Shown here in pieces: positions 45,038-54,618 of a stretch of DNA of 64,000 bases (within the stretch, counting starts at the first letter, position 1; every line of letters begins with the position of its first letter). The translations under genes and the position numbers were made by a program. Source of the stretch: Chthonomonadales bacterium. GTDB taxonomy: Bacteria > Armatimonadota > Chthonomonadetes > Chthonomonadales > CAJBBX01. The stretch covers positions 72,324-136,323 of the forward strand of contig JADLGO010000021.1 in the NCBI GenBank assembly GCA_020849275.1. Reading direction: 5' to 3'. The notes under the pieces were generated by a model, which was given only the letters and a program-made list of their open reading frames with translations, had not been told where the DNA came from and ran no database searches.

Positions 45038-46549
45038 GTGACCGCTGCCGCCCCTGCCGTCGTGCCCGCGCTCAGCATGTTCCATATCACCAAGACCTAT
45101 CCTGGCGTGCGCGCGCTGGAGGACGTGAGCCTGGAGGTGCTGCCGGGCGAGGTGCACGCGCTGATGGGCGAGAACGGCGCGGGCAAGTCCACCCTCATGA
45201 AGATCCTGGCGGGCGCTCAGCCCCGCGACTCCGGCGAGATCCGGATCGACGGCCGCGCGGTCCAGATCGAGAGCCCGCAGCAGGCGATGGACCTGGGGAT
45301 CTCGGTCATCTACCAGGAGTTCAACCTGGTGCCCTACCTCAACGCCGCCGAGAACATCTTCCTGGGGCGCGAGCCGGCCGCCCGGGCGCCCGGATTCGTG
45401 GACTTCGGGCGCATGTACCGCGAGGCCGAGAGTATCATCGGGCGGCTTGGCGTTCCCATCGACGCGCGCATGCCCGTGAGCCGCCTCTCCATCGCGCAGC
45501 AGCAGATGGTGGAGATCGCCAAGGCGACCTCGCGTCGCTGTCGGATCATCGTGATGGACGAGCCGTCGGCCACGCTGACAGAGCACGAGCTACAGAGTCT
45601 GTTCCAGCTGATCCGGCAGCTCAAGGCCGATGGAGTCGCCATCGTCTACATCTCGCATCGTCTGGAGGAGGTCTTCGAGATCTGCGACCGCGTCACCGTG
45701 CTTCGCGACGGTCACGGTATAGCCACCCACGGGATCGACGAGCTCACGCGCGACGACATCATCCGGCTGATGGTGGGGCGCGAGCTGACGCAGATGATCC
45801 CCAAGGAGGTGGCCACCATCGGCGAGCCTGCGCTGGAGGTGAGGCGCCTGGCGCGCAAGGGCGTCCTGCACGACGTGAGTCTCACCGTGCACAGGGGCGA
45901 GGTGGTCGGGCTCGCCGGGCTCGTTGGAGCGGGACGCACAGAGCTCGCGCGCGCCATCTTCGGCGCCGATCCGATCGACGGGGGCACGATCCTCGTTCAT
46001 GGAAGGGAGGTGCGCGTGTCGTCTCCGCAGGAGGCGATTCGGCTCGGGATCGGGCTTGTCACGGAGGACCGCAAGGCGCAGGGCCTGGTGCTGGGGATGG
46101 CGGTCCGCGAGAACATCACGCTGGCGAATCTTCGGTCGCTCTCGCGGTTCAGCTTCATCTCCTCGACGCGGGAGCGCGCCGCGGCGCGAAGGTACGTCGC
46201 CGATCTGGGCGTGAAGACGCCGACGATCGAGCAGACCGTTCAGAACCTCTCCGGCGGCAACCAGCAGAAGGTTGTGCTGGCCAAGTGGCTGTTCACCGAC
46301 TCGAAGGTGCTGCTGTTTGACGAGCCGACTCGCGGAATCGACGTGGGGGCCAAGACCGAGATCTACCAACTCATGAACCGGCTCACCGCGGCGGGCGTGG
46401 GAATCCTGATGATCTCGTCCGAGTTGCCCGAGGTGCTCGGGATGAGCGACCGGATCCTGGTGATGCATGGAGGCAGGATCGCTGGCGAGCTGAGTCGGGT
46501 TGAGGCGACACAGGAACGCATCATGCAGTTGGCCACGGGGGGCGAATGA
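45038..46549 (+). CDS. sugar ABC transporter ATP-binding protein, tandem-ABC RbsA/MglA type
   Basis: GTG 45038 lies 5 nt after AGGAGG. Walker A motifs GENGAGKST and GLVGAGRTE. Signature motifs LSIAQQQMVEIA and LSGGNQQKVVLA. Confidence 0.9.
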   Translation: MTAAAPAVVPALSMFHITKTYPGVRALEDVSLEVLPGEVHALMGENGAGKSTLMKILAGAQPRDSGEIRIDGRAVQIESPQQAMDLGISVIYQEFNLVPYLNAAENIFLGREPAARAPGFVDFGRMYREAESIIGRLGVPIDARMPVSRLSIAQQQMVEIAKATSRRCRIIVMDEPSATLTEHELQSLFQLIRQLKADGVAIVYISHRLEEVFEICDRVTVLRDGHGIATHGIDELTRDDIIRLMVGRELTQMIPKEVATIGEPALEVRRLARKGVLHDVSLTVHRGEVVGLAGLVGAGRTELARAIFGADPIDGGTILVHGREVRVSSPQEAIRLGIGLVTEDRKAQGLVLGMAVRENITLANLRSLSRFSFISSTRERAAARRYVADLGVKTPTIEQTVQNLSGGNQQKVVLAKWLFTDSKVLLFDEPTRGIDVGAKTEIYQLMNRLTAAGVGILMISSELPEVLGMSDRILVMHGGRIAGELSRVEATQERIMQLATGGE

Positions 46550-46649
46550 GCGAGGCCGGCGCGCGCCAATGCCGTGGCGCGCCGGCCGGTCGCGGCCAGG
46601 CGCCGAGCGGCCGGAGGGCATGGGGGGCGGCCCGTGGGACCGCCCCGTG

Positions 46650-46871
46650 TCAGTCGAAGGGAGCCTGCGCGACTACGGCGGTCTCGCCGTCAAGATGGAC
46701 GGCGTCGATCGCCTCCTCCTCGATCGGCGCCTTGAAGAACGCGCGCGCCGTCCCCGCGTCGATCATCACAACCGAGGTCAGTTCCCAGCCCTTCTCGCCC
46801 TCGGTGTTCAGCTTGGACTCCGCGATCGCCAGGTCGCGAAGAACGAGGGTGTGGTACTTCCATCTCCGCAT
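46650..46871 (-). CDS. DUF4177 domain protein
   Basis: ORF trimmed to ATG 46871. MRRWKYHTLVL...LNTEGEKGWELTSVV is the DUF4177 pattern. Confidence 0.6.
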   Translation of the reverse strand: MRRWKYHTLVLRDLAIAESKLNTEGEKGWELTSVVMIDAGTARAFFKAPIEEEAIDAVHLDGETAVVAQAPFD

Positions 46872-46921
46872 CGCCTTGGCCCTCCCTTCGCGGGGCCGCC
46901 ATGCGGCGGTTCCCGCGTCAG

Positions 46922-48235
46922 CTACCGCAGTCGCTCGCGCTCGTGCCGATCGAGACTGAACCGCAGGAATGCGTACGCCATGCGCGCGGCATCCAGCACG
47001 CACTGCTCGTCCGTTCGGATGCGCTGCGTACCGCCAACGAACTCGCCCACCGCCGTCGCCGTTCCGCGCGCGCTGTCGCGCCAGACCACGCGCTTCGACC
47101 GCACGTCGACCAGGACGCCCTCCGCGCGCACCGTTGCCGTTCGCCGCAGGCACGGGCCCATTGCCGCACCCGCCGGCGCCGCTTCCGTTTCCGTTAGGCG
47201 GACCTCGGGCACGCGGCTCGCAAACACGTAGTCGACCTTGAGCCGCGCCCCGATCCCCGCGACCATATCTGCGTCCGGGTTGCCGTCAGACTGCCAGACG
47301 GACTGCGGCCGCGCTTGTAGGGCGCGCATGGCGCCCACTACCTCGCGTGACGGGGCAACCTCCACGACCGGCGGCAGGTCTGGCTGAAACAGGACGTCGC
47401 CCTGTCGTACTAGAGACGACACCCGAACGGTTGAGGTTGCGCTTTGCGCGCGCTTGGGCGCGGTGGCGGGCAGCGCCGCCGGGATCACCGCCGCGGAGGC
47501 ATCGCGTCGAAACGGTCGCTCAGCGCCGCCGAGCAGTTGGCGGCAAAGATCATCGGCCGCCGTCAACGCGGCATCGCGGGCAAGGTCCGCGTCGCTCTTC
47601 GGGCTGCGCCTGCCCAGGAAGGCGCCGATGGTGCTCGCCCGGCCCAGCGCGACGAACGGGCCAAGCACCTCGCCGTCGACGCGCCCGACGTAGCCGACCA
47701 GTCGTAGCCACACCTCACGCCGGATCCCCGGCGCCAGCACGACGCGGTCAGCGGCGACCGCAACCGCGGCGTCCGCTCCAGCTTCGCGCGCGCTCCGAGG
47801 CAGGGCGGCAAGCGCCGCGGGCCGGGGGCGGGAGAGGCGCGACTCCCTGGACCCTCGCGCGCCGGCCATCCGGGGCCACCATGCCGGGCCATCGGCTGGA
47901 AGGCGGCCGACAACAGCCAGGCCGGCGATGGCCCCGAGCCGCGCGGCGACGGCGTCCGCCACGACCTGACGCAGCGCGTCGGCGGCAACGGGCGTCTCGG
48001 GCTTGCCTCTGGCGCCTCGAAGCGGCCGCGTCGTCGAACCGACGGGCGCGGCGACGGCCTCCTCCCACGGCGCGGCGACGACCGCGCTCACGAGGGCCAC
48101 GCCGCGCACGTAGGCCAGCGGGACGCAGGCGCTGTGGCCGGCGCCGTCGGCGCGGCCCGCCGGGCGCGCGATGGCGGGGCAGGCGAGCAGCAGGGCGAGA
48201 GCCGGCGTTCCGAGAGCACCGCGCCGGCTACGCAC
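46922..48235 (-). CDS. hypothetical lipoprotein (437 aa)
   Basis: Signal peptide with a lipobox-like LLLAC. The Ala/Arg-rich composition makes the call moderate. The start overlaps the upstream response-regulator gene stop by 8 nt. Confidence 0.5.
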   Translation of the reverse strand: MRSRRGALGTPALALLLACPAIARPAGRADGAGHSACVPLAYVRGVALVSAVVAAPWEEAVAAPVGSTTRPLRGARGKPETPVAADALRQVVADAVAARLGAIAGLAVVGRLPADGPAWWPRMAGARGSRESRLSRPRPAALAALPRSAREAGADAAVAVAADRVVLAPGIRREVWLRLVGYVGRVDGEVLGPFVALGRASTIGAFLGRRSPKSDADLARDAALTAADDLCRQLLGGAERPFRRDASAAVIPAALPATAPKRAQSATSTVRVSSLVRQGDVLFQPDLPPVVEVAPSREVVGAMRALQARPQSVWQSDGNPDADMVAGIGARLKVDYVFASRVPEVRLTETEAAPAGAAMGPCLRRTATVRAEGVLVDVRSKRVVWRDSARGTATAVGEFVGGTQRIRTDEQCVLDAARMAYAFLRFSLDRHERERLR

Positions 48236-49274
48236 TGGCCTCCGCTCTGTCGGAGTCCGCGGCGAGCGCGGCGCTCACGGCGTCGAGCAGGTCGGCGTGC
48301 TGGTACGGCTTGCCGAGGTAGCCCACGATGGACGCGGGCTGGGAGGGGTCGCTCCGCGTACCAGCAAGGTGCCCCGACGAGAGGAGGACCCGCGCGCCCG
48401 GCGCGAGGCGCTCGAGCTCCCGGGCGACCGCAAGGCCGCTCATCGTGGGCATCGTAAGGTCGACCAGATAGAGGTCGGCGCGCAGTCCGCCGCGGACTGC
48501 GGCCAGCGCCTCGTGTCCGCTCCGAGCGGTCAGCACGCGGTAGCCGTGGCCGGCGAGCACGGTCTGCGCCATCGCGCAGAGCATGGGCTCATCGTCGACG
48601 ATCATGATCGTCGTGCCTGTGGCGGGGCTGTGACCATGCGCGCGGGTGGGCGGCATGACCACGGCCGGGCGGGGGCGGGAGGGCTGCTCGGCCGGCACGC
48701 GCGGCCGCGGGAGCTCGCCGCGCACGATCCGGGCGATCTCCTTTCCGATCTCAACGGCGCGCTCCGCCTCGCGGCGCGCCGCCGTCAGCACGGAATCCTC
48801 GCGCCCGACGCCGTCCGCCAGCAGGCTCAAGCCGGCCAGGACCGTGGCGAGGGCGTTGCCCAGGTCGTGCACCGGACTGAAGATTGCCGACCGGGCGAGA
48901 TCGGTCGGCGAATCGGAAGGCGATGCGGACGCGATGCGCGCGATGCCAGCGATGGGCGCCGGCCATCCTCCCGGGGTCACCGCGGAGCGGACGCGTTGAT
49001 CGAGCCGAAGCGGGCCGCCGGGCGTCACAAGCCGGCTCGTCAGCGACACCGGCTCGCCCGACCGCGCGCACTGCTGGAAGGCCGCCAGTGTGCGGCCCCG
49101 ATCCTCGGGATGCACGAGCGCCATCCAGCACGGAGCGGGGCCGCCGACCAGTGGCAACTGAAGGGTGCGACGGCCCGCGGCGTTCAGGAAGACGAGTTGG
49201 TCGGTCTCGTCGATGGCGAACACCATCTCGTCGAGCAGATCGAGAGCCGCCGCGATCGCCGGTTCGGTAACCAT
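48228..49274 (-). CDS. PAS - DHp(H-box) - receiver protein lacking a HATPase_c domain
   Basis: PAS-like N-terminus (LLDEMVFAIDETDQLVFLNAAGRR), H-box FSPVHDLGNALATVLAGLSLL, and a receiver domain (IMIVDDEP...LYLVDLTMPTMSG...GYLGKPY). Start uncertain: ATG 49274, 49301 or 49343. Confidence 0.75.
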   Translation of the reverse strand: MVTEPAIAAALDLLDEMVFAIDETDQLVFLNAAGRRTLQLPLVGGPAPCWMALVHPEDRGRTLAAFQQCARSGEPVSLTSRLVTPGGPLRLDQRVRSAVTPGGWPAPIAGIARIASASPSDSPTDLARSAIFSPVHDLGNALATVLAGLSLLADGVGREDSVLTAARREAERAVEIGKEIARIVRGELPRPRVPAEQPSRPRPAVVMPPTRAHGHSPATGTTIMIVDDEPMLCAMAQTVLAGHGYRVLTARSGHEALAAVRGGLRADLYLVDLTMPTMSGLAVARELERLAPGARVLLSSGHLAGTRSDPSQPASIVGYLGKPYQHADLLDAVSAALAADSDRAEASA

Positions 49275-49407
49275 GTGGGGCACCTTGTGGTTACGGGCCA
49301 TCCCTCGCGGCCGAGCCTTGTTGGGCCCGGTAACGGCGGGCATCTTGGAGCAGGTATACTCTAGCGGGTCCGCTGCCGGCCGCCTCGGGCCGCGCCCACC
49401 ACACAGC

Positions 49408-50352
49408 ATGCGGACGCCCGCAAGGGCCGTTCCGGCCGCGTCTGCCGGCGCCGCGCACCCGGTGGGCCCGTCGGCGCAACCCGACCCCACACGAGAGGAC
49501 ACCCGGTTGCTTGCCGAACTCAGAGAGCTCTGGCGTTTCCGCGGAACGCTCTGGCAGCTCGTGCGGCGCGACCTGAAGGTCCGCTACAAGAACTCACGGC
49601 TCGGGTTCCTCTGGTCGATCGCCCCACCGCTGATGCAGGTGGCCTGCATCACCTTCGCGATGAAGCAGGCGACCACTTTCGCCGCCGACTTTCAGAACTA
49701 CTCCGCCTACGTGCTGGTGGCGATGATTCCCTGGACCTACTTCAGCACGGCCCTTCTCGACAGCAGTCAGTCGCTGCTCAGCATGTACGGGGTCATCCGC
49801 AAGGTCTACCTTCCGCGCGAGATCATCCCCCTGTCCGCCGCGATCAGCAACTTCATACATTTCGTGTTGTCATGGGCGGTCTTCGCAATCTACTGGTACG
49901 GCATCCGGCACGGGCCGCTGCTGGCGACCACGGCCTGGTTCCCGTACCTGATCCTGGTGCAGTTCATGCTCGTCACCGGCCTGAGCCTGCTGGTGGCGTG
50001 CCTCAACGTGTTCTACGAGGACGTCAAGTACATCATTTCCGTTCTACTGGGCTTGTTTCTCTTCCTGCTTCCCATCATGTATGTCGTCGAGCAGGTCTAC
50101 TTCGGGAAGCTCTCCCGGCTTGCCGGCGGCTGGGCCCTGCGGCTCTACATGCTGAATCCGCTCACCGCGCTCATCAACGGTTACCGGAAGGCGCTTCTGG
50201 AGCCCCCTGGCTCCGCGGCCATCGGCGGGCATCAACCGCTGCCGCTCGATCTGGGTAGCCTGCTGGCCACCGGGGCCATATCCCTCGGCGTGCTGGCTGC
50301 CAGCTACGCCTACTTCAACCGCCGCAAGTGGCAGTTTGTGGAGCGGCCCTGA
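49408..50352 (+). CDS. ABC-2 type polysaccharide/teichoic-acid exporter permease (Wzm/TagG-like)
   Basis: ELWRFRGTLWQLVRRDLKVRYKNSRLGFLWSIAPPL is the family N-terminal signature. Six TM helices. Start approximate. Confidence 0.85.
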   Translation: MRTPARAVPAASAGAAHPVGPSAQPDPTREDTRLLAELRELWRFRGTLWQLVRRDLKVRYKNSRLGFLWSIAPPLMQVACITFAMKQATTFAADFQNYSAYVLVAMIPWTYFSTALLDSSQSLLSMYGVIRKVYLPREIIPLSAAISNFIHFVLSWAVFAIYWYGIRHGPLLATTAWFPYLILVQFMLVTGLSLLVACLNVFYEDVKYIISVLLGLFLFLLPIMYVVEQVYFGKLSRLAGGWALRLYMLNPLTALINGYRKALLEPPGSAAIGGHQPLPLDLGSLLATGAISLGVLAASYAYFNRRKWQFVERP

Positions 50353-51185
50353 TGCGAGCGCGGCGGGAAGGCCCGGACGCGGCCGGGCAGGCGTCGGGCG
50401 GCTCCAGCCGTTGGGCCATCGAGATCGAGGACCTGCACAAGACCTTCACCATTCAGCATCACGACTTCGGTTCGCTCAAGCGCGCGCTGCTGAACGTGCT
50501 CGTGCGGCAGCGGCGTGAGAAGCGCGAGGTGCTCAAGGGGATCACGCTGCGCGTCGCCCACGGCGAGACGGTGGCCATCGTCGGGAGGAACGGCGGCGGG
50601 AAGTCGACGCTGCTGTCGCTGATCTCGCGCGTCTACAGGCCCACGAGCGGCGTCGTGCGTGTCCACGGGCGCATCGCGCCGCTGCTGGAGCTCGGCGCTG
50701 GCTTCCATCCCGACCTTACCGGCGCGGAGAACGTGGAGCTCTACGGCGCGATCCTGGGCATGTCGCGCCGGGAGATCCGCCAGAAGTTCGCCTCGATCGT
50801 CGCGTTTGCGTTTGACCGGCCGGATCTGGCCGAGAAGATCGACACACCCCTGCGCAACTACTCGGAGGGGATGAAGATGCGGCTCGGCTTCTCGCTAGCC
50901 GTCCACACCGACCCGGACGTCCTGATCGTGGACGAGGTGCTCGCCGTGGGCGACGAGGCGTTCCAGGAGAAGTGCTACGCCCGCATCGGCGAGTTCCAGA
51001 GGGCCGGCAAGACGATCTTGTTCGTCTCTCACTATATGCACGTGGTGCGCCGCGTAGCCACGCGCGTCGTGTGGTTGCGGGACGGGGTGGTGTACAGGGA
51101 CGGGCCGGTGGAGCCGATGGTGGAGGCGTACGTTCGCGCAGCGGGCGACGGAGCGCCGCCCCAGGTTCCGGAGCGTCCACGCTGA
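50352..51185 (+). CDS. ABC exporter ATP-binding protein (Wzt/TagH-like, no C-terminal carbohydrate-binding domain)
   Basis: ATG 50352 overlaps the permease stop (TGATG). Walker A GRNGGGKST, signature YSEGMKMRLGFS, Walker B VLIVDE. Confidence 0.9.
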   Translation: MRARREGPDAAGQASGGSSRWAIEIEDLHKTFTIQHHDFGSLKRALLNVLVRQRREKREVLKGITLRVAHGETVAIVGRNGGGKSTLLSLISRVYRPTSGVVRVHGRIAPLLELGAGFHPDLTGAENVELYGAILGMSRREIRQKFASIVAFAFDRPDLAEKIDTPLRNYSEGMKMRLGFSLAVHTDPDVLIVDEVLAVGDEAFQEKCYARIGEFQRAGKTILFVSHYMHVVRRVATRVVWLRDGVVYRDGPVEPMVEAYVRAAGDGAPPQVPERPR

Positions 51186-51195
51186 CGGCTCGCGG

Positions 51196-51969
51196 TCAGC
51201 GCATGCGCGCGAAGAGCGCGAAGGCGTTCGCCGTGGTCTGCGCGGCGAGCTCCCTGTCGTCGAGGCCTCGCAGCTCCGCGAGCCGCGAGGCCACGATAGG
51301 CGCGTAGGCCGGCTCGTTGCGCTTGCCGCGGTGCGGATCGGGCGCAAGGTAGGGAGCGTCGGTCTCCACCAGCACCCGATCCGCCGGCGCCTCGCGCGCG
51401 GCCTCGCGCGCCTCCTCGGCGCCGCGGAAGGTGATCATCCCGCCGAACCCCAGGTGCAGGCCCAGTTCCAGCGCCCGGCGCGCCTCCCCCCGGGCGCCTG
51501 CCCAGCAGTGCATCACGCCACGCGCGCCGTCCCCCAGTTCCTCGGCCAGGAGGGCCAGCGTGTCCCCGTAGGCCGATCGGCAATGCACGACGACGGGCAG
51601 CCCGGCCTCCCGGGCGATCCGGCACTGGGCGCGGAAGGCCCTCCCTTGCGCCTCGCGCGGCGAGAGGTCGTAGTGGTAGTCGAGCCCGATCTCGCCGACC
51701 GCGGCGACACGCGGGTGGTTGGTCCATGCTCGAATCGCCGCTTCGGCCTCGTCGTTGTAGACCGAAGCGTCGTGAGGGTGCACGGCGACCGCCGCGAACA
51801 CGTCGGGCTCCCGCTCCGCGATCTGCACGGCCTCGGCGCTGGACGGGATGTTGTAGCCGACGACCAGGAACCTCCCGACGCCGGCCGCGCGAGCGCGATC
51901 CAGCACGCCGCCGTCGTCCGCGAAGCGCTCGTGGTTCAGGTGACAGTGCGTGTCGACGAGGTAGGTCAC
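51196..51969 (-). CDS. tatD: TatD family metal-dependent hydrolase
   Basis: MTYLVDTHCHL, then EIGLDYHY, VVHCR, ETDAPYLAP. Confidence 0.9.
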   Translation of the reverse strand: MTYLVDTHCHLNHERFADDGGVLDRARAAGVGRFLVVGYNIPSSAEAVQIAEREPDVFAAVAVHPHDASVYNDEAEAAIRAWTNHPRVAAVGEIGLDYHYDLSPREAQGRAFRAQCRIAREAGLPVVVHCRSAYGDTLALLAEELGDGARGVMHCWAGARGEARRALELGLHLGFGGMITFRGAEEAREAAREAPADRVLVETDAPYLAPDPHRGKRNEPAYAPIVASRLAELRGLDDRELAAQTTANAFALFARMR

Positions 51970-52709
51970 GGGCCCGACGCCCCGATGCGCTCGTACGTCT
52001 GGAGGCAGCGGCCGATGTCATCGCCGGCGATCGGCGCGCCGCCGTACCAGCGGGCGTCGAACTCCAGGCTGAGCGGCCGGAAGAGCGCCAGCAGGGACGG
52101 GGCGCGACCCAGAGCCCGCACATACTCGCCGTTGGTACGCGAGCGAGCGAACTCGATGGCGCCGGCTCTGTCCAGGCGCATGAGCACGGCATTGAAGGCG
52201 GCACGGTAGGCCCGCCGGGAATCGCCGGCCGCGGCGTGACGCCTGGCCGCCTCCAACCAGGCTTCCGGTCCCACGCTGCCTGCCTCCTGCGGGTCGACAG
52301 CGGTGGACACCTCCGGGCGCGATCCAGGTCGCGAGCCAGACCGCCTCGCGGCCGACCGTACGGACCACGCGATGAGGTACCCGATACCGACCAGCAGGGC
52401 GGCGGCCAGCAGCCAGAAGAGCAGACGGCCCGGACCCGCCGCGATGCCGCCGAAGCGAAACAAGCGCCCGAGCCGCCGCAACAGGGCGACCAGTCGCTCG
52501 CGCAGCCAGTCACCGACGCGCTGCAGGACGCTCTCGCGCTTGTCCTCGCGAAACTCGGGTTGGCTCAGGATGGCGCGCACATCCGCTCTCACCCGCTCGG
52601 CATGGGCCGCCTCCCGCGGTTCTGCTGGCTGCGCCACGGCGGGCGCGGCCGCGCCCAGGGCGACCGTAGCTAGCAGCATGGCCAGCAGAAGCGCTGCCGG
52701 GCGGCTCAT
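51966..52709 (-). CDS. DUF4129 domain membrane protein
   Basis: Signal/TM helix, a central TM helix, then a C-terminal YRAAFNAVLMRLDRAGAIEFARSRTNGEYVRAL...FDARWYGG block (DUF4129 pattern). Confidence 0.65.
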   Translation of the reverse strand: MSRPAALLLAMLLATVALGAAAPAVAQPAEPREAAHAERVRADVRAILSQPEFREDKRESVLQRVGDWLRERLVALLRRLGRLFRFGGIAAGPGRLLFWLLAAALLVGIGYLIAWSVRSAARRSGSRPGSRPEVSTAVDPQEAGSVGPEAWLEAARRHAAAGDSRRAYRAAFNAVLMRLDRAGAIEFARSRTNGEYVRALGRAPSLLALFRPLSLEFDARWYGGAPIAGDDIGRCLQTYERIGASGP

Positions 52710-53683
52710 CGGGTCGCCCGCGCCGGGCTGGAGGCGGCGAGTTGCGTCTCGAGCAGCGAGAGGTCGAGCCCCTCGCGCCGAACACGAAGGTCGTAGTAGA
52801 GCAGGGTCAGGCAGGTGAGCCAGAACGGCTGAAGCACGATGCCGATCGCGCCGCCCAGCGCGGCCGAGAGCGAGATCCGCGCAGTGTCAGGCACACGCAG
52901 CAGGGGATAAACGGTCACGCCCATCATCCACTCGAGCGACCCGTGCAGAGAGAGTTGGAGCGCGGTCACGATCACGAGCAGCAGGACGCATGCGCCCATG
53001 ACTCGCGGCAAGCGGGGCTTCACCAGTTGCCAGTTGCGTTGAACGGCGGCTCCGAGCGAGACGCCCTCAACCACGACGATCTGCGTGGTGAACGCCGCGG
53101 TGCCCGTGCCCGCGACGATGGCCACGGCGGTCGCCAGAACCATGGCCGCCATACCGACGAACACGGCCATCGTGCCGCCGGCCGTGCCGCCGGCGGCCGC
53201 CCCCATGCTGGCGATCACGAGTACCGCCATGGCCCCCCACATGACGACCAGAGTGATCGATCCGAGGAGCAGCGCGGCCAGGGCCCACGTGAGCGCCAGG
53301 CGCACCATGCTCCCGCGGGCGCGGCGGTATGCCTCGCCCAGCGAGATACGCTGACCCATGTAGCGCTGCGAGATCGCCACCGTGAGCGCGCCGCCTTCGA
53401 GGACGTAGATCATGCTGTACAGCGCCATCACGAGGAAGCCGAAGGCCATCACCCCGAGGATGGCGGAGAGGTCCGATGGCGTCACCTCATCGCCGGGCGA
53501 CAGCGTGAAGAGGCGCTGCACGCCGAGGAGCTGTCCGAGAGCCTGCGTGGCGACCTGGGCGGGCACCTGCACGACGGCGACGATGCCAGCGAACAGGGCG
53601 AAGTTCTCCTTGTAGAGGTCGAACGCCTCGTCGAAGGCGTCGCCCAGCGACATCGGAAGCAGGTCGCGTGCCATGGGGTTCAC
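52706..53683 (-). CDS. polytopic membrane protein (hypothetical)
   Basis: 325 aa with at least 6 hydrophobic helices. The N-terminus (FDEAFDLYKENFALFAGIV) resembles the membrane domain often found next to DUF4129 genes. Confidence 0.55.
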   Translation of the reverse strand: MNPMARDLLPMSLGDAFDEAFDLYKENFALFAGIVAVVQVPAQVATQALGQLLGVQRLFTLSPGDEVTPSDLSAILGVMAFGFLVMALYSMIYVLEGGALTVAISQRYMGQRISLGEAYRRARGSMVRLALTWALAALLLGSITLVVMWGAMAVLVIASMGAAAGGTAGGTMAVFVGMAAMVLATAVAIVAGTGTAAFTTQIVVVEGVSLGAAVQRNWQLVKPRLPRVMGACVLLLVIVTALQLSLHGSLEWMMGVTVYPLLRVPDTARISLSAALGGAIGIVLQPFWLTCLTLLYYDLRVRREGLDLSLLETQLAASSPARATR

Positions 53684-54618
53684 GGAGCAGGCCGCGAGGT
53701 GTCGCGGACCCTCACGCTCACGTCCACGGCGGTGCGGCGCCCCTTGACGGTGACGCCGGGCGGTAGGTCCAGGGTGAGGCGGCGCGTCGTGTTCCCGCGT
53801 AGGCCCTCCAGGTCGAGCGTGCCGGTCGCGATGTGGGTGAGCGGCCGAACAACGTCCGGCTTGCCGGTCACAACCACCTGGGCCGGCTCCGCCACAATGT
53901 CCGTCACCACCAACGGCGCGGGCGGCTGCCCGCGCGTGGGCACGCTCACCACCAGGGTGCGGGTGGCCTCGGCCTCAACGAGGTCGAGCTCGATATGCGT
54001 CGTCTCGGGCTCGGTCCGCACCGCATCAACGACGACCCCGTCCTTGTCGAGCGGCTTGATGGGAAGATCGGCCCGTACGCTGCCGTCCTCGGTGTTCGCG
54101 TAGACGACCAGGCTGGCGACGCGGCGGACATCCTCCTGGCGGCCGACGACGTCGGCCCACGGCGGCGTCACTCGCGGCTGGGCGAACTCGCGGCCGAACG
54201 GGGCCTCGTTGTTGTAGGAGACCGTGATCGACATTCGCTTGCGCGCCTTGGGCGAAACCTCGACGGGCACGAAGAGCACCTGCTCGCGGAAGTCGATGTG
54301 CGGCGCGCCGGGCGGGGCGATGAAACGGGCGATCCGGAGGCGCTTCGTTCCCGGGCGCGCCTCGGCCACATCGACGATCGCCTTGACGGCGTTTGGGGCC
54401 ACGTTCTCGATCTCCGACTTGGGCCCCGAGATCTCCACCGGCACCGAGTCCGGACCGACGGACACGACCACGTCGTCCGCCGGGGTGCCGGTGCGCTGCA
54501 CCTCGGCAACCACCTGCTTGGTGCTGTTGCGCTCGGCTCCAACGTAGGCCCAGATCATGATCGCCGTCACGAGAGCGATCAGCTTGAGCATGAGGTTTTG
54601 CCTGAGTACGCTCAGCAT
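53680..54618 (-). CDS. cdaR: YbbR domain-containing protein (CdaA regulator CdaR)
   Basis: N-terminal anchor NLMLKLIALVTAIMIWAYV followed by repeated YbbR-like beta domains. Immediately downstream of cdaA and overlapping it. Confidence 0.75.
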   Translation of the reverse strand: MLSVLRQNLMLKLIALVTAIMIWAYVGAERNSTKQVVAEVQRTGTPADDVVVSVGPDSVPVEISGPKSEIENVAPNAVKAIVDVAEARPGTKRLRIARFIAPPGAPHIDFREQVLFVPVEVSPKARKRMSITVSYNNEAPFGREFAQPRVTPPWADVVGRQEDVRRVASLVVYANTEDGSVRADLPIKPLDKDGVVVDAVRTEPETTHIELDLVEAEATRTLVVSVPTRGQPPAPLVVTDIVAEPAQVVVTGKPDVVRPLTHIATGTLDLEGLRGNTTRRLTLDLPPGVTVKGRRTAVDVSVRVRDTSRPAP

